Shown here: piece after piece, positions 10,995-24,673 of the stretch
Layout: the number at the start of each line of letters is the position of its first letter
Position numbering within the stretch: position 1 is the stretch's first letter
Origin: Alphaproteobacteria bacterium
GTDB taxonomy: Bacteria; Pseudomonadota; Alphaproteobacteria; MPNO01; UBA830
DNA length: 64,000 nt
Direction of reading: 5' to 3'
NCBI GenBank assembly: GCA_964291215.2
Contig: OZ219790.1
Coordinates: forward strand, 1,408,001 to 1,472,000
The notes under the pieces: model-generated
Seen by the model: only the letters and a program-made list of their open reading frames with translations
Told to the model about the DNA's origin: nothing
The model's database searches: none
Translations under genes and position numbers: made by a program

Positions 10995-12452
10995 CTAGCT
11001 GCCCGCGAACAGGACGGCTGCCGCCGCCTCGGCGGCAGCGACCACCGGCGCCGGATAGACGAAGAACAGGAGCGTGAACAGGGCCGCTGCGGCCATGACG
11101 ACGCCGACCTCGCGGCCCGAACCCTGGTCAAAGGCCTCTTCCGCCTGGTCGAAATACATGATCTTGACAATCCGGAGATAGTAATAGGCGCCGACCACGC
11201 TGGTCAGGATGCCGACGACGGCCAGCAGGTACAGCCCTTCGTTGACTGCCGCAAGGAAGACATAGAGCTTTCCGAAGAATCCGGCAAGTGGCGGAATTCC
11301 TGCCATAGAGAACATGAAGATCGCCATCGCGCAGGCCATCATGGGCTGGGTGCGCGCGAGGCCCGCGAGATCGCCGATCTCCTCGACCTGCGCGCCCTGG
11401 CGCCGCATTGCAAGCACGCAGCAGAAGGCCCCCGCATTCATTGCGAGATAGATCGCCATGTAGAGCGCGACGCCGCGCACCCCTTCCTCCGAGCCCGCCG
11501 CAAGGCCGACCAGCGCGTAACCGACATGGCCGATCGAGCTGTAGGCGAGAAGCCGCTTGATGCTCGTCTGCCAGATCGCGGCCAGCGCACCGAGGATCAT
11601 CGACGCGACCGAGAGCAGGATGATGATCTGCTGCCACTCGCCGAACAGCTCGCCGAACGGTCCGACCATCGTGCGCACCAGCAGCCCGACCGCGGCGATC
11701 TTGGGCGCGACCGCGAAGAATGCCGTGACCGGCGTCGGCGCGCCCTCATAGACGTCGGGCGTCCACATGTGGAACGGTACCGCGGAAATCTTGAAGGCGA
11801 GGCCGGCGAGCAGGAACACCAGGCCAACGACGACACCGACGCCGAGGCTGAGGTCGGGACCGACGAAGAGGTCGCTCAGCTCGGAAAAGCGGGTGGTGCC
11901 GGTGAAGCCGTAGATCATCGAGATGCCGTAGAGCAGCATGCCGGACGACAGGGCGCCGAGCACGAAGTATTTCAGCCCGGCCTCGGACGATCTGACCGAA
12001 TCGCGCCGGAAGGCTGCGATCACGTAGAGCGGCAGGCTCTGCAGCTCGATCGCGACATAGAGCGACATCAGGTCGCCCGCCGACACCATCAGCAGCATGC
12101 CCACGGTCGCGAACAGGATCAGCACCGGGTACTCGAAGCGCTGGATGCCCTCGCGCTCGTTGTAGCCGAGCGACATCACGATCGCGAGCGCTGAACCGAG
12201 CAGGATCAGCCACTTCATGAAGCGCGCAAACATGTCGTCCACGAACTGGCCGCCGAAGGCAACAGCGCCCGACGCGCCCGACCAGCCCACCGCCATGACG
12301 ATCCCGGTCGCCGCGAGCGCGGCAACGGCAAGCCACGACAGCCGGCGCCCGGCATCCGGTGTCCTGAAGACACCGTAGATCAGCAGCGTCATCGCCAGAC
12401 AGGCGAGCACGAGCTCGGGCATCACCGCATGGAGATCGTGCACTGTCACCAT
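10995..12452 (-). CDS. nuoN: NADH-quinone oxidoreductase subunit N
   Basis: [33 protein letters not shown]. Confidence 0.97.
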   Translation of the reverse strand: MVTVHDLHAVMPELVLACLAMTLLIYGVFRTPDAGRRLSWLAVAALAATGIVMAVGWSGASGAVAFGGQFVDDMFARFMKWLILLGSALAIVMSLGYNEREGIQRFEYPVLILFATVGMLLMVSAGDLMSLYVAIELQSLPLYVIAAFRRDSVRSSEAGLKYFVLGALSSGMLLYGISMIYGFTGTTRFSELSDLFVGPDLSLGVGVVVGLVFLLAGLAFKISAVPFHMWTPDVYEGAPTPVTAFFAVAPKIAAVGLLVRTMVGPFGELFGEWQQIIILLSVASMILGALAAIWQTSIKRLLAYSSIGHVGYALVGLAAGSEEGVRGVALYMAIYLAMNAGAFCCVLAMRRQGAQVEEIGDLAGLARTQPMMACAMAIFMFSMAGIPPLAGFFGKLYVFLAAVNEGLYLLAVVGILTSVVGAYYYLRIVKIMYFDQAEEAFDQGSGREVGVVMAAAALFTLLFFVYPAPVVAAAEAAAAVLFAGS

Positions 12453-12461
12453 CGCCCGCTC

Positions 12462-13976
12462 CTACCGACCGGCCGCGGCCAGCGGGCGGACCGCATCGAG
12501 CGCCGCGCGGTGCTGCTCGACGAGGTTGGCGACCGAAACCTCCATGACATCGAGGAACGGCGCCGGCCACACCCCCATCCAGACCGTCACCACAACCAAG
12601 GGTGCGAACACGAGAACCTCGCGGGCATTCAGATCGAGAATGGACTTCAGGTGCTCCTTCTCGAGACGGCCGAGAATCACCCGGCGGTAAAGATAGAGCA
12701 TGTAGGCGGCGCCGAGGATGATTCCCGTCGTCGCCAGGAGCGCCACCCAGGTGTTGACCTGGAAGGCCCCGACCAGCACCAGGAACTCGCCGACGAATCC
12801 GCTGGTGCCAGGCAGGCCCACGGAAGCGAGCATGAAGACCATGAACACCACCGCGTAGCGCGGCATGCGCTCCACCAGCCCGCCATAGGTCTCGATGTCG
12901 CGGCTGTGGATACGGTCATAGACGACACCGACGCAGAGGAACAGCGCCGCCGATACGAAACCGTGGCTCAGCATCTGGGCGACGGCGCCCTGCACGCCCT
13001 GATGCGTGAGCGTGAAGATACCGATGGTCACGAAGCCCATGTGCGCCACCGAGGAATAGGCAATCAGCTTCTTCATGTCCTCCTGCGCGAGCGCCACCAG
13101 CGAGGTGTAGATGATGGCAACGATGGAGAGCGCATAGATCATCGGCGTGAAAAAGTCCGTGGCCAGCGGCAGAATCGGCACCGAGAACCGCAGGAACCCG
13201 TAAGCGCCCATCTTCAGGAGCACGCCGGCGAGGATGACCGAACCCGCGGTTGGCGCCTCGACGTGGGCGTCGGGCAGCCATGTATGCACCGGCCACATCG
13301 GCACCTTGACGGCGAAGCTCGCGAAGAAGGCAAGCCACAACCACAGCTGCAGGTCGGGATCAAGCGCCACCTGCAGGAGCCTCGGAATGTCGGTGGTGTC
13401 GGCTTCCCGGAAGATCACGAGGATCGCGATCAGCATCAGCACCGAGCCGGTGAGCGTGAACAGGAAGAACTTGAAGGCGGCGTAGACCCGGCGCGGGCCG
13501 CCCCAGACGCCGATGATCAGGAACATCGGTATCAGCACGCCCTCGAAGAACACATAGAACAGCACGAAATCGAGCGCGCAGAACATGCCGACCATAAGCG
13601 TCTCGAGAACGAGGAAGGCGATCATGTACTCCCGGACCCGCTCCTGGATCGCATCCCAGCTCGCCAGCACACAGATCGGGGTGAGGAACGTCGACAGCAG
13701 CACGAAGAACACCGAGATCCCGTCGACCCCCATGTGGTAGGAGACGCCGAAGGACGGAATCCATGCCACCTTCTCGACAAACTGGAAGGCCGCGGTCCCG
13801 CGATCGAACTCGATCCACAGCAGCAGCGACAGCGCGAACACGATAAGCGACACCCACAGCGCCGTCGCGCGCGCGTTGCGCGCCACGACCCGGGCATCGC
13901 CGCGGATCATGAGAATCGCGAGCGCCCCCACCAGCGGCAGGAAGGTGATCAGGGACAGGATCGGAAACTGCAACAT
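12462..13976 (-). CDS. nuoM: NADH-quinone oxidoreductase subunit M
   Basis: [33 protein letters not shown]. Confidence 0.97.
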   Translation of the reverse strand: MLQFPILSLITFLPLVGALAILMIRGDARVVARNARATALWVSLIVFALSLLLWIEFDRGTAAFQFVEKVAWIPSFGVSYHMGVDGISVFFVLLSTFLTPICVLASWDAIQERVREYMIAFLVLETLMVGMFCALDFVLFYVFFEGVLIPMFLIIGVWGGPRRVYAAFKFFLFTLTGSVLMLIAILVIFREADTTDIPRLLQVALDPDLQLWLWLAFFASFAVKVPMWPVHTWLPDAHVEAPTAGSVILAGVLLKMGAYGFLRFSVPILPLATDFFTPMIYALSIVAIIYTSLVALAQEDMKKLIAYSSVAHMGFVTIGIFTLTHQGVQGAVAQMLSHGFVSAALFLCVGVVYDRIHSRDIETYGGLVERMPRYAVVFMVFMLASVGLPGTSGFVGEFLVLVGAFQVNTWVALLATTGIILGAAYMLYLYRRVILGRLEKEHLKSILDLNAREVLVFAPLVVVTVWMGVWPAPFLDVMEVSVANLVEQHRAALDAVRPLAAAGR

Positions 13977-13988
13977 GCCGGCTTGTCC

Positions 13989-15917
13989 CTAGGCCTGGCC
14001 GAACAGGTGCCAGGTCACGATGCCGGCGACACCGACGAGCATCGCGAAGGCATAGTGGTAGATGTAGCCCGACTGCAGCGCGGCCACGCGGCGCGCGAGG
14101 TAGCGCGCCGCCGCAGCCACGCCATCGGGGCCGACGCCGTCGATGACGGCACCGTCACCGTCCTTCCACAGGCGGCGCCCGAGGCGGTGAGCGGGACGCA
14201 CGAACACGGCGTCGTAGAGCTCGTCGAAATACCATTTCGCGAGGAGGAAACGGTAGAGCCGGGGCAGGCGCGCCGCGAGCGCGCCCGGCAGGTCCGGCCT
14301 GACCATGTAGGCGTAATAGGCGCCGGCGATGCCGGCGACGCCGACCGCGACCGGAATGATCTTGACCCAGAGCGGCACATGGTGCGCGGCCGCGATCGGA
14401 TCGGTGCCCGGCCGCACGAAGATCGAATCGCCCCAGAACGCCGCCATCGCGTCGCCGGCGAAGTAGTCGTAGCCGAGCCAGCCGGCGAACACGGCGCCGA
14501 ACGCAAGCACGAACAGCGGCGCCAGCATGACCCGCGGCGATTCGTGGACATGGGCCAGCGTTTTCTCGTCGGCCTTGCTCTCGCCGTGGAAGGTCATGAT
14601 GATGAGGCGCCAGGAATAGAACGCGGTGAGCACGGCGGCAGCAATGCCCATCCAGAACGCGTACTGGCCGACCGCGCTGTGGGCGCCGAACGCCGCTTCG
14701 AGCACCAGATCCTTGGAATAGAAGCCGGCGAAGAACGGCATGCCGGCGAGCGCGAGGCTGCCGACCCACATCAGCCCGTAGGTAACCGGAATCAGGCGCC
14801 AGATGCCGCCCATCCTGCGCATGTCCTGCTCGGAGGACATTGCGTGGATGACCGAGCCCGCGCCGAGGAACAGCAGCGCCTTGAAGAAGGCGTGGGTCGT
14901 GAGGTGGAAGATGCCGGCCGCATAGGCGGAAACGCCGCAGGCGAAGAACATGTAACCGAGCTGGCTGCAGGTCGAATAGGCGATGACCCGCTTGATGTCG
15001 TTCTGGCACAGCGCCACGGTGGCCGCGAACAGCGCGGTGCTGGCGCCGACGACGGCAACCACGGTGAGCGCGACGGGCGCGTACTCGAACAGCGGCGACA
15101 GCCGGGCGACCATGAACACGCCGGCGGTGACCATGGTCGCCGCGTGAATCAGCGCCGAAACCGGGGTCGGGCCCTCCATGGCGTCGGGAAGCCAGGTGTG
15201 GAGGCCGAGCTGCGCCGACTTGCCCATGGCACCGATGAACAGGAGGATGCAGAGCGCGTCGAGCGCCGGGGTCTCGATGCCGAGAAAGGCGAGCGTCGTG
15301 CCGGCGCGATCCGGGGCCGCGGCGAATATGGCGTCATAGCTGATCGAGCCGAACATCAGGAAGACGCCGAGAATCCCGAGCGCGAAGCCGAAATCGCCGA
15401 CGCGGTTGACGATGAACGCCTTGATCGCAGCCGCATTGGCCGATGGCCGGTCGTACCAGAAGCCGATCAGCAGGTACGAGCACAACCCCACTCCCTCCCA
15501 GCCGAAGAACAGCTGCAGCAGGTTGTCCGAGGTGACCAGCATCAGCATGAAGAAGGTGAAGAGGCTGAGATAGGCCATGAACCGCGGAATGTGCGGGTCG
15601 TGGCTCATGTAGCCGATCGAGTAGACATGGACCATGGCCGAGACCACGGTGACGACGAAGACCATGACCGCCGCAAGCTGATCGAAGCGCAGCGTCCAGC
15701 TCGCCTCGAAGGCGCCGGAGATGATCCACGGGAACAGTTCGACTGCCTGCGGGCGTCCGCCGAGCGCCACCTCCGCGAGGATGACGCAGCCGAACCCCGC
15801 CGACAGCAGCATGGCGCCGCAGGTCACCAGTTGCGATCCGCGATCGCCGATCCAGCGACCGCCAAGGCCTGCGAGGACGGCGCCGATCAGCGGCAGGAAG
15901 ACGGCGGACGCATACAT
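13989..15917 (-). CDS. nuoL: NADH-quinone oxidoreductase subunit L
   Basis: GWEGVGL, GKSAQLGLHTWLPDAMEGPTPVSALIHAATMV. Confidence 0.97.
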   Translation of the reverse strand: MYASAVFLPLIGAVLAGLGGRWIGDRGSQLVTCGAMLLSAGFGCVILAEVALGGRPQAVELFPWIISGAFEASWTLRFDQLAAVMVFVVTVVSAMVHVYSIGYMSHDPHIPRFMAYLSLFTFFMLMLVTSDNLLQLFFGWEGVGLCSYLLIGFWYDRPSANAAAIKAFIVNRVGDFGFALGILGVFLMFGSISYDAIFAAAPDRAGTTLAFLGIETPALDALCILLFIGAMGKSAQLGLHTWLPDAMEGPTPVSALIHAATMVTAGVFMVARLSPLFEYAPVALTVVAVVGASTALFAATVALCQNDIKRVIAYSTCSQLGYMFFACGVSAYAAGIFHLTTHAFFKALLFLGAGSVIHAMSSEQDMRRMGGIWRLIPVTYGLMWVGSLALAGMPFFAGFYSKDLVLEAAFGAHSAVGQYAFWMGIAAAVLTAFYSWRLIIMTFHGESKADEKTLAHVHESPRVMLAPLFVLAFGAVFAGWLGYDYFAGDAMAAFWGDSIFVRPGTDPIAAAHHVPLWVKIIPVAVGVAGIAGAYYAYMVRPDLPGALAARLPRLYRFLLAKWYFDELYDAVFVRPAHRLGRRLWKDGDGAVIDGVGPDGVAAAARYLARRVAALQSGYIYHYAFAMLVGVAGIVTWHLFGQA

Positions 15918-15924
15918 CCGTCCA

Positions 15925-16236
15925 CTAACCCTTCATGAGATTGACGTCTTCAACCGCGATCGAGCCGCGGTTGCGGAAATAGACCATGATGATGGCAAGC
16001 CCGATGGCCGCCTCGGCGGCGGCGATGGCAAGCACCAGAAGCGCAAGTATCTGCCCGGTCAGGTCCTGAAGGTGCACCGAGAACGCAACCAGGTTGATGT
16101 TGGCGGCGAGCAGGATCAGCTCGATCGACATCAGGATGATGATGACGTTTTTGCGGTTGAGGAAGATCCCGAACACGCCGAGCGTGAACAGCACCGCGCT
16201 CACCGCAAGATAGTGAAAGAGCCCGACCGCCGCCAT
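15925..16236 (-). CDS. nuoK: NADH-quinone oxidoreductase subunit K
   Basis: [23 protein letters not shown]. Confidence 0.96.
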   Translation of the reverse strand: MAAVGLFHYLAVSAVLFTLGVFGIFLNRKNVIIILMSIELILLAANINLVAFSVHLQDLTGQILALLVLAIAAAEAAIGLAIIMVYFRNRGSIAVEDVNLMKG

Positions 16237-16237
16237 G

Positions 16238-16855
16238 TCAGGCGCCGCTCCCCGGCTCGACCGACCTGACGTCCACCGCGTCGCCGCGCGTGCGGCCGAC
16301 CTGAGCGCCAATGCGCTGGCGGCGCACGCCTTCGCGCGTGCGCAGCGTCAGCACGATGGCCCCGATCATGGCGACGAGCAGGATCACGCCGGCCGCCTGG
16401 AAGAGGAAGACATAGTCGGTGTACAGCACATTGCCGATGGCGCGCGTATTGCCGATGGCCGGATCGGCGGGCAGCGCCGGCGCTGCCCGCGCCGCCTCGC
16501 TCCCGGGTGCCGCCGCCCAGGTGCCGAGGACAAGGACGAGCTCGGCGAGCAGCACCAGCCCCACGAGGCCGCCGACCGGCAGGTACTGCAGGAAGCCGGT
16601 GCGCAGCTCGGCGAAGTCGATGTCGAGCATCATGACGACGAACAGGAAAAGCACCGCGACCGCACCGACATAGACGATGACGAGGATCATCGCGATGAAC
16701 TCGGCGCCCATCAGCACGAACAGCCCCGCAGCGTTGAAGAAGGCAAGGATCAGGAACAGCACCGAATGCACCGGATTGCGCGCGGAGATCACCATCACGC
16801 CGGCGGCGACCGCGACCGCGGCGAAGGCATAGAAGGCGATGACGGAGACGATCAT
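16238..16855 (-). CDS. nuoJ: NADH-quinone oxidoreductase subunit J
   Basis: [27 protein letters not shown]. Confidence 0.96.
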   Translation of the reverse strand: MIVSVIAFYAFAAVAVAAGVMVISARNPVHSVLFLILAFFNAAGLFVLMGAEFIAMILVIVYVGAVAVLFLFVVMMLDIDFAELRTGFLQYLPVGGLVGLVLLAELVLVLGTWAAAPGSEAARAAPALPADPAIGNTRAIGNVLYTDYVFLFQAAGVILLVAMIGAIVLTLRTREGVRRQRIGAQVGRTRGDAVDVRSVEPGSGA

Positions 16856-16859
16856 CGGA

Positions 16860-17348
16860 TCACCTGTAGGGCGCGTCGGCGGAAAGCCGGGCGGCGAGAT
16901 GGCTTTCCCAGCGGTCGCCGTTGTCGAGCAGCCGCTCCTTGTTGTACATCAGCTCTTCGCGGGTTTCGGCGGCGAACTCGAAGTTTGGCCCCTCGACGAT
17001 GGCGTCGACCGGACAGGCCTCTTCGCAGAAGCCGCAATAGATGCACTTGGTCATGTCGATGTCGTAGCGCGTCGTGCGCCGGCTGCCGTCGGCCCGCGGC
17101 TCGGCTTCGATGGTGATCGCCTGGGCGGGGCAGATTGCCTCGCACAGCTTGCAGGCGATGCAGCGCTCCTCGCCGTTGGGATAGCGGCGCAACGCATGCT
17201 CGCCGCGGAAGCGCGGGCTCAGCGGCCCCTTCTCGAACGGGTAGTTGAGCGTTACCTTCGGCCGCAGCATGTATCTGAGCGTGAGCACCAGTCCGGAAAC
17301 CAGTTCCGAGAGCAGAAGTGCCCTGAGCGGGCGTGTCACGAGGGCCAT
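16860..17348 (-). CDS. nuoI: NADH-quinone oxidoreductase subunit I
   Basis: Two 4Fe-4S motifs, [12 protein letters not shown] and [12 protein letters not shown]. Confidence 0.97.
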   Translation of the reverse strand: MALVTRPLRALLLSELVSGLVLTLRYMLRPKVTLNYPFEKGPLSPRFRGEHALRRYPNGEERCIACKLCEAICPAQAITIEAEPRADGSRRTTRYDIDMTKCIYCGFCEEACPVDAIVEGPNFEFAAETREELMYNKERLLDNGDRWESHLAARLSADAPYR

Positions 17349-17365
17349 CGCGTCCTCCCCTGCCG

Positions 17366-18400
17366 TCAGCGGACCGGCAACCAGTCGAAGGCGACGAGCG
17401 CGCCCGCCGTCAACGCCACCCACAGAAGCGTGAACGGCAGGAACACCTTCCAGCCGAGCCGCATCAGCTGGTCGTAGCGGTAGCGCGGGAACGTCGCACG
17501 CACCCATATGAACACGAACAGGCAGACCGCGATCTTGAGCGCGAACCAGACGACGCCCGGAATCCACGTAAACGGCACGAAATCGAACGGCGGAAGCCAA
17601 CCGCCGAGGAACAGCACCGCAGTCATGGCGCTCATGAGAACCATGTTGCCGTACTCGCCAAGTGAGAACAGGGCGAAGGTCATCGACGAGTATTCGACAT
17701 TGTAGCCCGACACCAGCTCGGCCTCGGCCTCGGGGAGGTCGAACGGGTGGCGGTTGGTCTCGGCCAGCGCCGAGATCAGGAAGATCACGAACATCGGCGC
17801 CAGCGGCAGCCAGAACCAGTTCCAGAATCCGCCGCCCTGCTGGGCGAGCACGATGTCGGAGAGATTGAGCGATCCGACGCACAGCAGCACGGTGATGATC
17901 ACGAACCCGATCGCAACCTCGTAGGACACCATCTGCGCGGCCGAGCGCAGGGCGCCGAGGAAGGCGTATTTGGAATTGCTTGCCCAGCCGGCCATGATGA
18001 TGCCGTAAACGCCGAGCGAGGAGATCGCGAAGATGTAGAGTACGCCGACATTGATGTCGGCAAGCACCCAGCCGACATCAAACGGCACCACCGCCCAGGC
18101 GACGAGGCTGAGGACGAAGGTAAGCATCGGCGCGACCATGAACACCACCCGGTTGGCGCCCGAGGGGATGATGGTCTCCTTGAACAGCAGCTTGACGGCG
18201 TCGGCGATGGGCTGGAAGAGCCCGAACGGACCGACCACGTTCGGCCCCCGGCGCAGCTGCATGGCGGCGATGATCTTGCGTTCGGCGAAGGTGAGATAGG
18301 CGATGGTAGCCATGACCGGAATGATGATCAGCAGGATGTAGGCGACTGTTTCGAGCCCGGGCCACAGATAGCCGTCGAGGAACTCAGACATCGCCGCCAT
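17366..18400 (-). CDS. nuoH: NADH-quinone oxidoreductase subunit H
   Basis: [33 protein letters not shown]. Confidence 0.97.
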   Translation of the reverse strand: MAAMSEFLDGYLWPGLETVAYILLIIIPVMATIAYLTFAERKIIAAMQLRRGPNVVGPFGLFQPIADAVKLLFKETIIPSGANRVVFMVAPMLTFVLSLVAWAVVPFDVGWVLADINVGVLYIFAISSLGVYGIIMAGWASNSKYAFLGALRSAAQMVSYEVAIGFVIITVLLCVGSLNLSDIVLAQQGGGFWNWFWLPLAPMFVIFLISALAETNRHPFDLPEAEAELVSGYNVEYSSMTFALFSLGEYGNMVLMSAMTAVLFLGGWLPPFDFVPFTWIPGVVWFALKIAVCLFVFIWVRATFPRYRYDQLMRLGWKVFLPFTLLWVALTAGALVAFDWLPVR

Positions 18401-20447
18401 CCCCGCCGCCGGCCGCAGGCGTGAACGCCGCCGTGCAGGCGGCCATCGTCGCCGAGGCGCGCGACACCGGATCGGTCATGTAGAAATTGGCGAACGGGAT
18501 CGCAAACGGCGCGTCCGAGACGCTGCCATCGCCGCCGAACGGTGCCCACGGCGCCGGTTCGACCCCGTCGGGCGCACCGAGCGGCGGCGCGAGTTCGGCC
18601 ATGCGCGCCCGCACCGCCGGGAGGTCGTCATAGGGGAGCGTCCGTCCGAGCTCTGCGGACAGCGCACGGACAATCGCCCAATCCTCGCGCGCTTCACCGG
18701 GCGGGAACATCGCCCTCCGGCCGCGCTGGGCGCGGCCCTCGGTGTTGACGTAGGTGCCGTCTTTCTCCGTGTAGGCGGCGCCCGGCAGCACGACATCAGC
18801 GGCATGCGCCCCGGCATCTCCGTGATGCCCCTGGTAGATGACGAACGCACCGGCTAGCTTCGCTGTATCGATCTCGTCGGCGGCGAGCAGGTACACGGCA
18901 TCGAGGTCGCCCGCGGCGGCGCCGTCGAGAATGGCGCCGACATCGCGGCCGCCCGCGCCCGGGACCAGCCCGAGATCGAGGCCGGCGACCCGCGCTGCAG
19001 CCGTGTGCAGAACGTTGAAGCCGTTCCAGTCGTCGCCGACCATACTGCAGGACTCGGCGATCCCGCGCGCCAGCGTCAGCACCGCGGCGCCGTCGGGGCG
19101 CGCGATCGCCCCCTGCCCGACCACCAGCATCGGCCGCTCGGCGCCGGCGAGCACCGCCGCGAACGGGTGACTGCCGTCGGCGATCGCGGCCAGAACCGCC
19201 GGATCGGTTCCGAGATGCTCGAAGCGGTAGGTGAGGTCCGCCGCCTCGCCGACCAGCCCGACGGGGAAGCGTCCCGCAAGCGAGCGCTTGCGCAGCCGGG
19301 CATTGACGAGCGCCGCCTCGCGGCGCGGATTGGTGCCGATCAGCAGGCAGGCGCCCGCCTCCTCGATGCCGGCGATGGTGGTGTTGAAGAGATAGGCCGC
19401 GCGCGGCGATGCCGGCAGGCGCGCGCCGTCCTGGCGGCAGTCAACATGCGGCGAGCCAAGGGCCGCCATCAGGTCCTTGAGCGCGACCATCGATTCGGCG
19501 TCGCACTGGTCGCCGGCAATCGCCGCGATGCGGCTGCCGGGAACGCCGTCAAGCCGCTCGGCAATGGCAGTAAACGCCTCGGGCCAGGTCGCCGGCCTGA
19601 GCCGCCCGTCGCGGCGCACATAGGGGCGGTCGAGGCGCTGACGCGCGAGCCCGTCGCAGGCGTAACGAGTCTTGTCCGAGATCCACTCCTCGTTGATGTC
19701 CTCGTTCAGCATCGGCAGGATGCGCATGACATCGCGGCCGCGACTGTCGATCCGGATGTTGCTGCCGACGGCGTCCATGACGTCGACCGATTCGGTCTTG
19801 ACTAGTTCCCATGGCCGGGCGGCGAAGGCGTAGGGCTTCGAGGTCAGCGCGCCGACCGGACAGAGGTCTATGATGTTGGCCGACAGCTCCGAGGCGATGG
19901 TGCTCTCGACATAGGTGCCGACCTCCATGTGCTCGCCGCGTCCGGTCGCTCCCAGCACCTCGACGCCGGCGACTTCGGTCGAGAACCGGATGCAGCGCGT
20001 GCAATGGATGCAGCGCGTCATGTGGGTCTCGATCAGGGGTCCGAAATCCTTGTCGGCGACGGCGCGCTTGTTTTCCAGGAAGCGCGAGCGGCCGGCGCCG
20101 TAGGCCATGGCCTGGTCCTGGAGGTCGCATTCGCCGCCCTGGTCGCAGATCGGACAATCGAGCGGATGGTTGATAAGCAGGAATTCCATGACGCCGTGGC
20201 GCGCCTTGCGCACGGTCTCGGTTGCAGTGCGGATGACCATGCCGTCGGCGGCCGGCATCGCGCAGGAGGCGATCGGCTTCGGCGAGCGCTCCATCTCGAC
20301 GAGGCACATGCGGCAGTTGCCGGCGATCGAGAGGCGTTCGTGATAGCAGAAGCGTGGGATTTCGGCGCCGGCCTGCTCGCAGGCCTGCAGCACCGTGAGG
20401 CCGGCGGCGACCTCGATCTCGACGCCGTCGATGGTGAGCGTGGGCAT
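18384..20447 (-). CDS. nuoG: NADH-quinone oxidoreductase subunit G
   Basis: [33 protein letters not shown]. Confidence 0.97.
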   Translation of the reverse strand: MPTLTIDGVEIEVAAGLTVLQACEQAGAEIPRFCYHERLSIAGNCRMCLVEMERSPKPIASCAMPAADGMVIRTATETVRKARHGVMEFLLINHPLDCPICDQGGECDLQDQAMAYGAGRSRFLENKRAVADKDFGPLIETHMTRCIHCTRCIRFSTEVAGVEVLGATGRGEHMEVGTYVESTIASELSANIIDLCPVGALTSKPYAFAARPWELVKTESVDVMDAVGSNIRIDSRGRDVMRILPMLNEDINEEWISDKTRYACDGLARQRLDRPYVRRDGRLRPATWPEAFTAIAERLDGVPGSRIAAIAGDQCDAESMVALKDLMAALGSPHVDCRQDGARLPASPRAAYLFNTTIAGIEEAGACLLIGTNPRREAALVNARLRKRSLAGRFPVGLVGEAADLTYRFEHLGTDPAVLAAIADGSHPFAAVLAGAERPMLVVGQGAIARPDGAAVLTLARGIAESCSMVGDDWNGFNVLHTAAARVAGLDLGLVPGAGGRDVGAILDGAAAGDLDAVYLLAADEIDTAKLAGAFVIYQGHHGDAGAHAADVVLPGAAYTEKDGTYVNTEGRAQRGRRAMFPPGEAREDWAIVRALSAELGRTLPYDDLPAVRARMAELAPPLGAPDGVEPAPWAPFGGDGSVSDAPFAIPFANFYMTDPVSRASATMAACTAAFTPAAGGGDGGDV

Positions 20448-20464
20448 GGCCGGACTCCCGGACG

Positions 20465-21742
20465 TCAGGCCGCTACCGCGCGGCGGCGCGCGATGCGGTC
20501 CTCGATCTCGTCGCGGAAGTGACGGACGAGGCCCTGGATCGGCCAGGCCGCGGCATCGCCGAGAGCGCAGATCGTGTGGCCCTCGATCTCGCGCGACACG
20601 TCGAGCAGCATGTCGATCTCCGCAACCTCGGCCTCGCCGCGCACCAGCCGCTCCATGACGCGCCACATCCATCCCGTGCCCTCGCGGCACGGGGTGCACT
20701 GGCCGCAGCTCTCGTGCATGTAGAATTTCGAGAGCCGCGCGATGGCGGCGATGACGTCGGTCGTGTCGTCCATGACGATGACGGCAGCCGTGCCAAGTCC
20801 CGAGGACACCTCGCGCAGGGCGTCGAAATCCATCAGCACGCTGTCGCAGATCGAGCGCGGGATCAGCGGCACCGAGGAGCCGCCCGGGATGACCGCCTTG
20901 AGCCGGTTCCAGCCGCCGCGCACGCCGCCGGCATGGCGCTCGATGAGTTCGCGCAGCGGGATGCTCATCTCCTCCTCGACATTGCAAGGCTGGTTCACGT
21001 GCCCCGAGATGCAGAAGATCTTGGTACCGGTGTTGTTCTCCCGGCCGAAGCCCGCGAACCACGACGCGCCGCGGCGGCAGATGGCCGGCGCGACGGCGAT
21101 GGTCTCGACATTGTTGATCGTGGTCGGGCATCCGTAGAGCCCGGTATTGGCGGGAAACGGCGGCTTGATCCGCGGCTGGCCCTTCTTGCCCTCGAGGCTC
21201 TCGAGAAGCGCCGTTTCCTCACCGCAAATATAGGCGCCGGCGCCGCGGTGGACGAAGATGTCGAAATCGTAGCCGCTGCCGCAGGCGTCCCTGCCCACGA
21301 GTCCGGCCTCGTAGGCCTCATCGACCGCCGCCTGCAGCACCTCGGTCTCGCGGAAAAACTCGCCGCGCACGTAGATGTAGGCGGCCTCGGCTCCCATCGC
21401 GAAACCCGCGATCAGGCATCCCTCGACGAGCTTGTGCGGATCGTGGCGCAGGATGTCGCGGTCCTTGCAGGTGCCGGGCTCCGATTCATCAGCATTGACC
21501 ACGAGATAGGCCGGGCGGCCGTCAGATTCCTTGGGCATGAACGACCATTTGAGGCCGGCGGGAAAGCCCGCGCCGCCGCGGCCGCGGAGGCCGGACTCCT
21601 TGATCTCGTTCACGATCCAGTCGCGGCCGCGGGCGAGGATGTCGCGGGTACCGTCCCAGTCGCCGCGCGCCCGCGCCGCCGCCAGCCGCCAGTCCTCGAG
21701 GCCGTAGAGATTGGTGAAGATGCGGTCCTTGTCGGTCAGCAT
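20465..21742 (-). CDS. nuoF: NADH-quinone oxidoreductase subunit F
   Basis: [30 protein letters not shown]. Confidence 0.97.
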   Translation of the reverse strand: MLTDKDRIFTNLYGLEDWRLAAARARGDWDGTRDILARGRDWIVNEIKESGLRGRGGAGFPAGLKWSFMPKESDGRPAYLVVNADESEPGTCKDRDILRHDPHKLVEGCLIAGFAMGAEAAYIYVRGEFFRETEVLQAAVDEAYEAGLVGRDACGSGYDFDIFVHRGAGAYICGEETALLESLEGKKGQPRIKPPFPANTGLYGCPTTINNVETIAVAPAICRRGASWFAGFGRENNTGTKIFCISGHVNQPCNVEEEMSIPLRELIERHAGGVRGGWNRLKAVIPGGSSVPLIPRSICDSVLMDFDALREVSSGLGTAAVIVMDDTTDVIAAIARLSKFYMHESCGQCTPCREGTGWMWRVMERLVRGEAEVAEIDMLLDVSREIEGHTICALGDAAAWPIQGLVRHFRDEIEDRIARRRAVAA

Positions 21743-22338
21743 TGCGGTGTCTTCCCGGTAGACCCGGCCAGGGTGGTCGGCGCGCCCGCCGGAGCCGATG
21801 CCTGGCGTCCGGCCATCGATCCCGGTGCCGGGGCGCCGCCCTTGCGGATCGTGCGTACGAGTTCCCGCGCACCCTCGGGATCAACATCCTCGTAGTAGTC
21901 GTCGTCGATCCACACGATCGGCGCGTTCACGCAGGCGCCGAGGCACTCGAACTCGCTCAGCGAGAACAACCCGTCCGCGCTGGTCTGGCCGGTGGCGCAG
22001 CCGAGCTCGTCCTCGAGGGCGGAGACGATGCCGGCGCTGCCGCGCAGCCAGCACGGCGTCGTCGTGCACACCCGGAGCTCGTGGCGCCCGCGCGGGCTGT
22101 CGTGGAACATCTCGTAGAAGGAGACGATCTCATAGACCCGGATCGGCGCCATGTCGAGCATGTCCGCGACATGGTCGATGGCCGCGCGCGGCAGCCAGCC
22201 GCCGCACTGGCGCTGGGCGAGATCGAGAAGCGCGAGCACCGCGCTGGCCTGGCGCCCCGCGGGATACCTGGCGACATGGGCGGCGGCGAGGCGGCCGTTC
22301 TCGGCGGTGAACGCGAAGCTGTCAGCGGCGCCGGTCAT
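21736..22338 (-). CDS. nuoE: NADH-quinone oxidoreductase subunit E
   Basis: [21 protein letters not shown]. Confidence 0.96.
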   Translation of the reverse strand: MTGAADSFAFTAENGRLAAAHVARYPAGRQASAVLALLDLAQRQCGGWLPRAAIDHVADMLDMAPIRVYEIVSFYEMFHDSPRGRHELRVCTTTPCWLRGSAGIVSALEDELGCATGQTSADGLFSLSEFECLGACVNAPIVWIDDDYYEDVDPEGARELVRTIRKGGAPAPGSMAGRQASAPAGAPTTLAGSTGKTPQC

Positions 22339-23516
22339 CGGTCGATCTCGCCGAACACGATATCCATGGAGCCGACGATCGCGACCATGTCGGCCAGCAT
22401 GTGCCCGCGCGACAGGAAGTCGGTCGCCTGCAGGAAGGCAAAGCCCGGCGCCCTGATCTTGCAACGGTAGGGCTTGTTGGAGCCGTCGGCGACGAGGAAC
22501 ACGGCGAACTCCCCCTTGGGCGCCTCGACCGCGGTGTAGGTTTCGCCCGCGGTCACGTGATAGCCCTCGGTATAGAGTTTGAAGTGGTGGATCAGCGCCT
22601 CCATCGAGCGTTTCATCTCGATGCGCGGGGGCGGCGCGATCTTGGGGTCGCTCGTATGCACGGGGCCAGCGGGCAGGTTCTCGATGCACTGGCGGATGAT
22701 GCGCAGGCTCTGGCGCATCTCCTCGACGCGGACGAGATAGCGGTCGAAGCAGTCGCCGTTGCGGCCAACCGGGATATCGAACTCCATCAGCCTGTAGACG
22801 TCGTAGGGCTGCGCCTTGCGCAGGTCCCAAGGCACGCCGCTGGCGCGGAGCATGGGTCCGGAAAAGCCCCAGTCGAGTGCGTCGTCGCGGTCGACGACGC
22901 CGATGTCGACCGTGCGCTGGCGGAAGATGCGGTTGTCGGTGAGCAGCGCCTCGACATCGTCGATGATGGCGGGAAAGCTGTCACAGAACGCGGCGATGTC
23001 CTCGACCAGCCCCGACGGCAGGTCGCGGTGCACGCCGCCCGGGCGGAAATAGGCTGCGTGCAGCCGCGCCCCGGACACGCGCTCGTAGAACTCCATCAGC
23101 TTCTCGCGCTCCTCAAAGCCCCACAAGAGCGGCGTCATCGCGCCGACATCGAGGGCGAAGGCGCTGATGTTGAGGATGTGGTTGAGCAGCCGCGTGATCT
23201 CGCTGAACAGCACCCGGATATACTGTCCGCGAAGCGGCACGGCGATGCCGGCAAGCTTCTCGACGGCAAGCGCGAAGGCGTGCTCCTGGCACATCGGCGA
23301 CACGTAGTCGAGGCGGTCGAAATACGGCACCGCCTGGAGATAGGTCTTGTATTCGATCAGCTTTTCGGTGCCGCGGTGGAGGAGGCCGATATGCGGGTCG
23401 CAGCGTTCGACGATCTCGCCGTCCATCTCGACGACAAGCCGCAGCACGCCGTGCGCCGCCGGATGCTGCGGCCCGAAATTCATGGTCAGGTTCTTGATCC
23501 CGGCATCGGTCATCAT
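22335..23516 (-). CDS. nuoD: NADH-quinone oxidoreductase subunit D
   Basis: [16 protein letters not shown]-terminal DIVFGEIDR. Confidence 0.97.
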   Translation of the reverse strand: MMTDAGIKNLTMNFGPQHPAAHGVLRLVVEMDGEIVERCDPHIGLLHRGTEKLIEYKTYLQAVPYFDRLDYVSPMCQEHAFALAVEKLAGIAVPLRGQYIRVLFSEITRLLNHILNISAFALDVGAMTPLLWGFEEREKLMEFYERVSGARLHAAYFRPGGVHRDLPSGLVEDIAAFCDSFPAIIDDVEALLTDNRIFRQRTVDIGVVDRDDALDWGFSGPMLRASGVPWDLRKAQPYDVYRLMEFDIPVGRNGDCFDRYLVRVEEMRQSLRIIRQCIENLPAGPVHTSDPKIAPPPRIEMKRSMEALIHHFKLYTEGYHVTAGETYTAVEAPKGEFAVFLVADGSNKPYRCKIRAPGFAFLQATDFLSRGHMLADMVAIVGSMDIVFGEIDR

Positions 23517-24130
23517 GCGGCCTTCCCGTCATCCCCGGCCTTCTCGTCGCCGGGCAGGATGTGGGGGGCGCCCTCCCACGGGCTCATGAAGTCGAAGTTG
23601 CGGAAATCCTGGGTCAGCTTCACGGGCTCCTGGATCACCCGCTTCTGCTCCTCGTCGTAACGCACCTCTACATAGCCGGTCAGCGGGAAGTCCTTGCGCA
23701 ACGGATGGCCCTCGAAACCGTAATCGGTCAGCATGCGGCGCAGATCCGGATGGCCGGAAAACGCGATGCCGAACATGTCCCAGACCTCGCGCTCGAACCA
23801 GCCGGCGGCACTGAAGAGCGGGACCGCGGACGGAACCGGCTCCGACTCGCCGGCCGTCACCTTGACGCGGATGCGCTGGTTGTGGGTCAGGCTCAGGAGA
23901 TTGTAGACGACTTCGAAGCGCTCGCCGCGCTCGGGATAGTCGACCGCGGTGATGTCGGCAAGCATCTTGAACAGGCAGCTGGGGTCGTCGCGCAGGAACT
24001 TGAGGACGGCGAGGAGTTCGTCGCGCCCGGTCTCGAGCACCAGCTCGCCGTGCGTGATCTCCGACGCCGACGACGCGAGCGGCGGCGCCGATCGCACATA
24101 CTCTGCAAGTTCGTGGAGCGCTTCGTCCAT
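23513..24130 (-). CDS. nuoC: NADH-quinone oxidoreductase subunit C
   Basis: [21 protein letters not shown]. Confidence 0.97.
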   Translation of the reverse strand: MDEALHELAEYVRSAPPLASSASEITHGELVLETGRDELLAVLKFLRDDPSCLFKMLADITAVDYPERGERFEVVYNLLSLTHNQRIRVKVTAGESEPVPSAVPLFSAAGWFEREVWDMFGIAFSGHPDLRRMLTDYGFEGHPLRKDFPLTGYVEVRYDEEQKRVIQEPVKLTQDFRNFDFMSPWEGAPHILPGDEKAGDDGKAA

Positions 24131-24154
24131 CAGTTTTCGACAACCTGCCCTGGC

Positions 24155-24673
24155 CTAGCGCGCGATGGTGCTGGTACGTCCGATTTTCTTCTGCAACTGC
24201 AGGATTCCGTAGAGAAGCGCCTCAGCCGTCGGCGGACAACCCGGAACATAGACATCGACCGGCACGATGCGATCGCAGCCGCGCACCACGGAATAGGAAT
24301 AGTGGTAGTAGCCGCCGCCGTTGGCGCAGCTGCCCATGGAGATCACCCAGCGCGGCTCGGCCATCTGGTCGTAGACCTTGCGCAGCGCCGGCGCCATCTT
24401 GTTGGTGAGCGTACCCGCGACGATCATCACGTCGGACTGGCGCGGCGACGGGCGGAAGATCGCGCCGAAGCGGTCGAGGTCGTAGCGGCTGGCCGCCGTA
24501 TGCATCATCTCGACGGCGCAGCAGGCGAGCCCGAAGGTCATCGGCCACAGTGAGCCGGCCTGCGCCCACGACACCAGCCGGTCCAGTCGGGTAACCAGGA
24601 ATCCCTTGTCGCCGAGTTCGCGCCCAGCCGCCGCCGACAGCGCGGGCGTCACGCCGGAATCACCTACTCCCAT
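24155..24673 (-). CDS. nuoB: NADH-quinone oxidoreductase subunit B
   Basis: [16 protein letters not shown]; the start overlaps the nuoA end. Confidence 0.96.
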   Translation of the reverse strand: MGVGDSGVTPALSAAAGRELGDKGFLVTRLDRLVSWAQAGSLWPMTFGLACCAVEMMHTAASRYDLDRFGAIFRPSPRQSDVMIVAGTLTNKMAPALRKVYDQMAEPRWVISMGSCANGGGYYHYSYSVVRGCDRIVPVDVYVPGCPPTAEALLYGILQLQKKIGRTSTIAR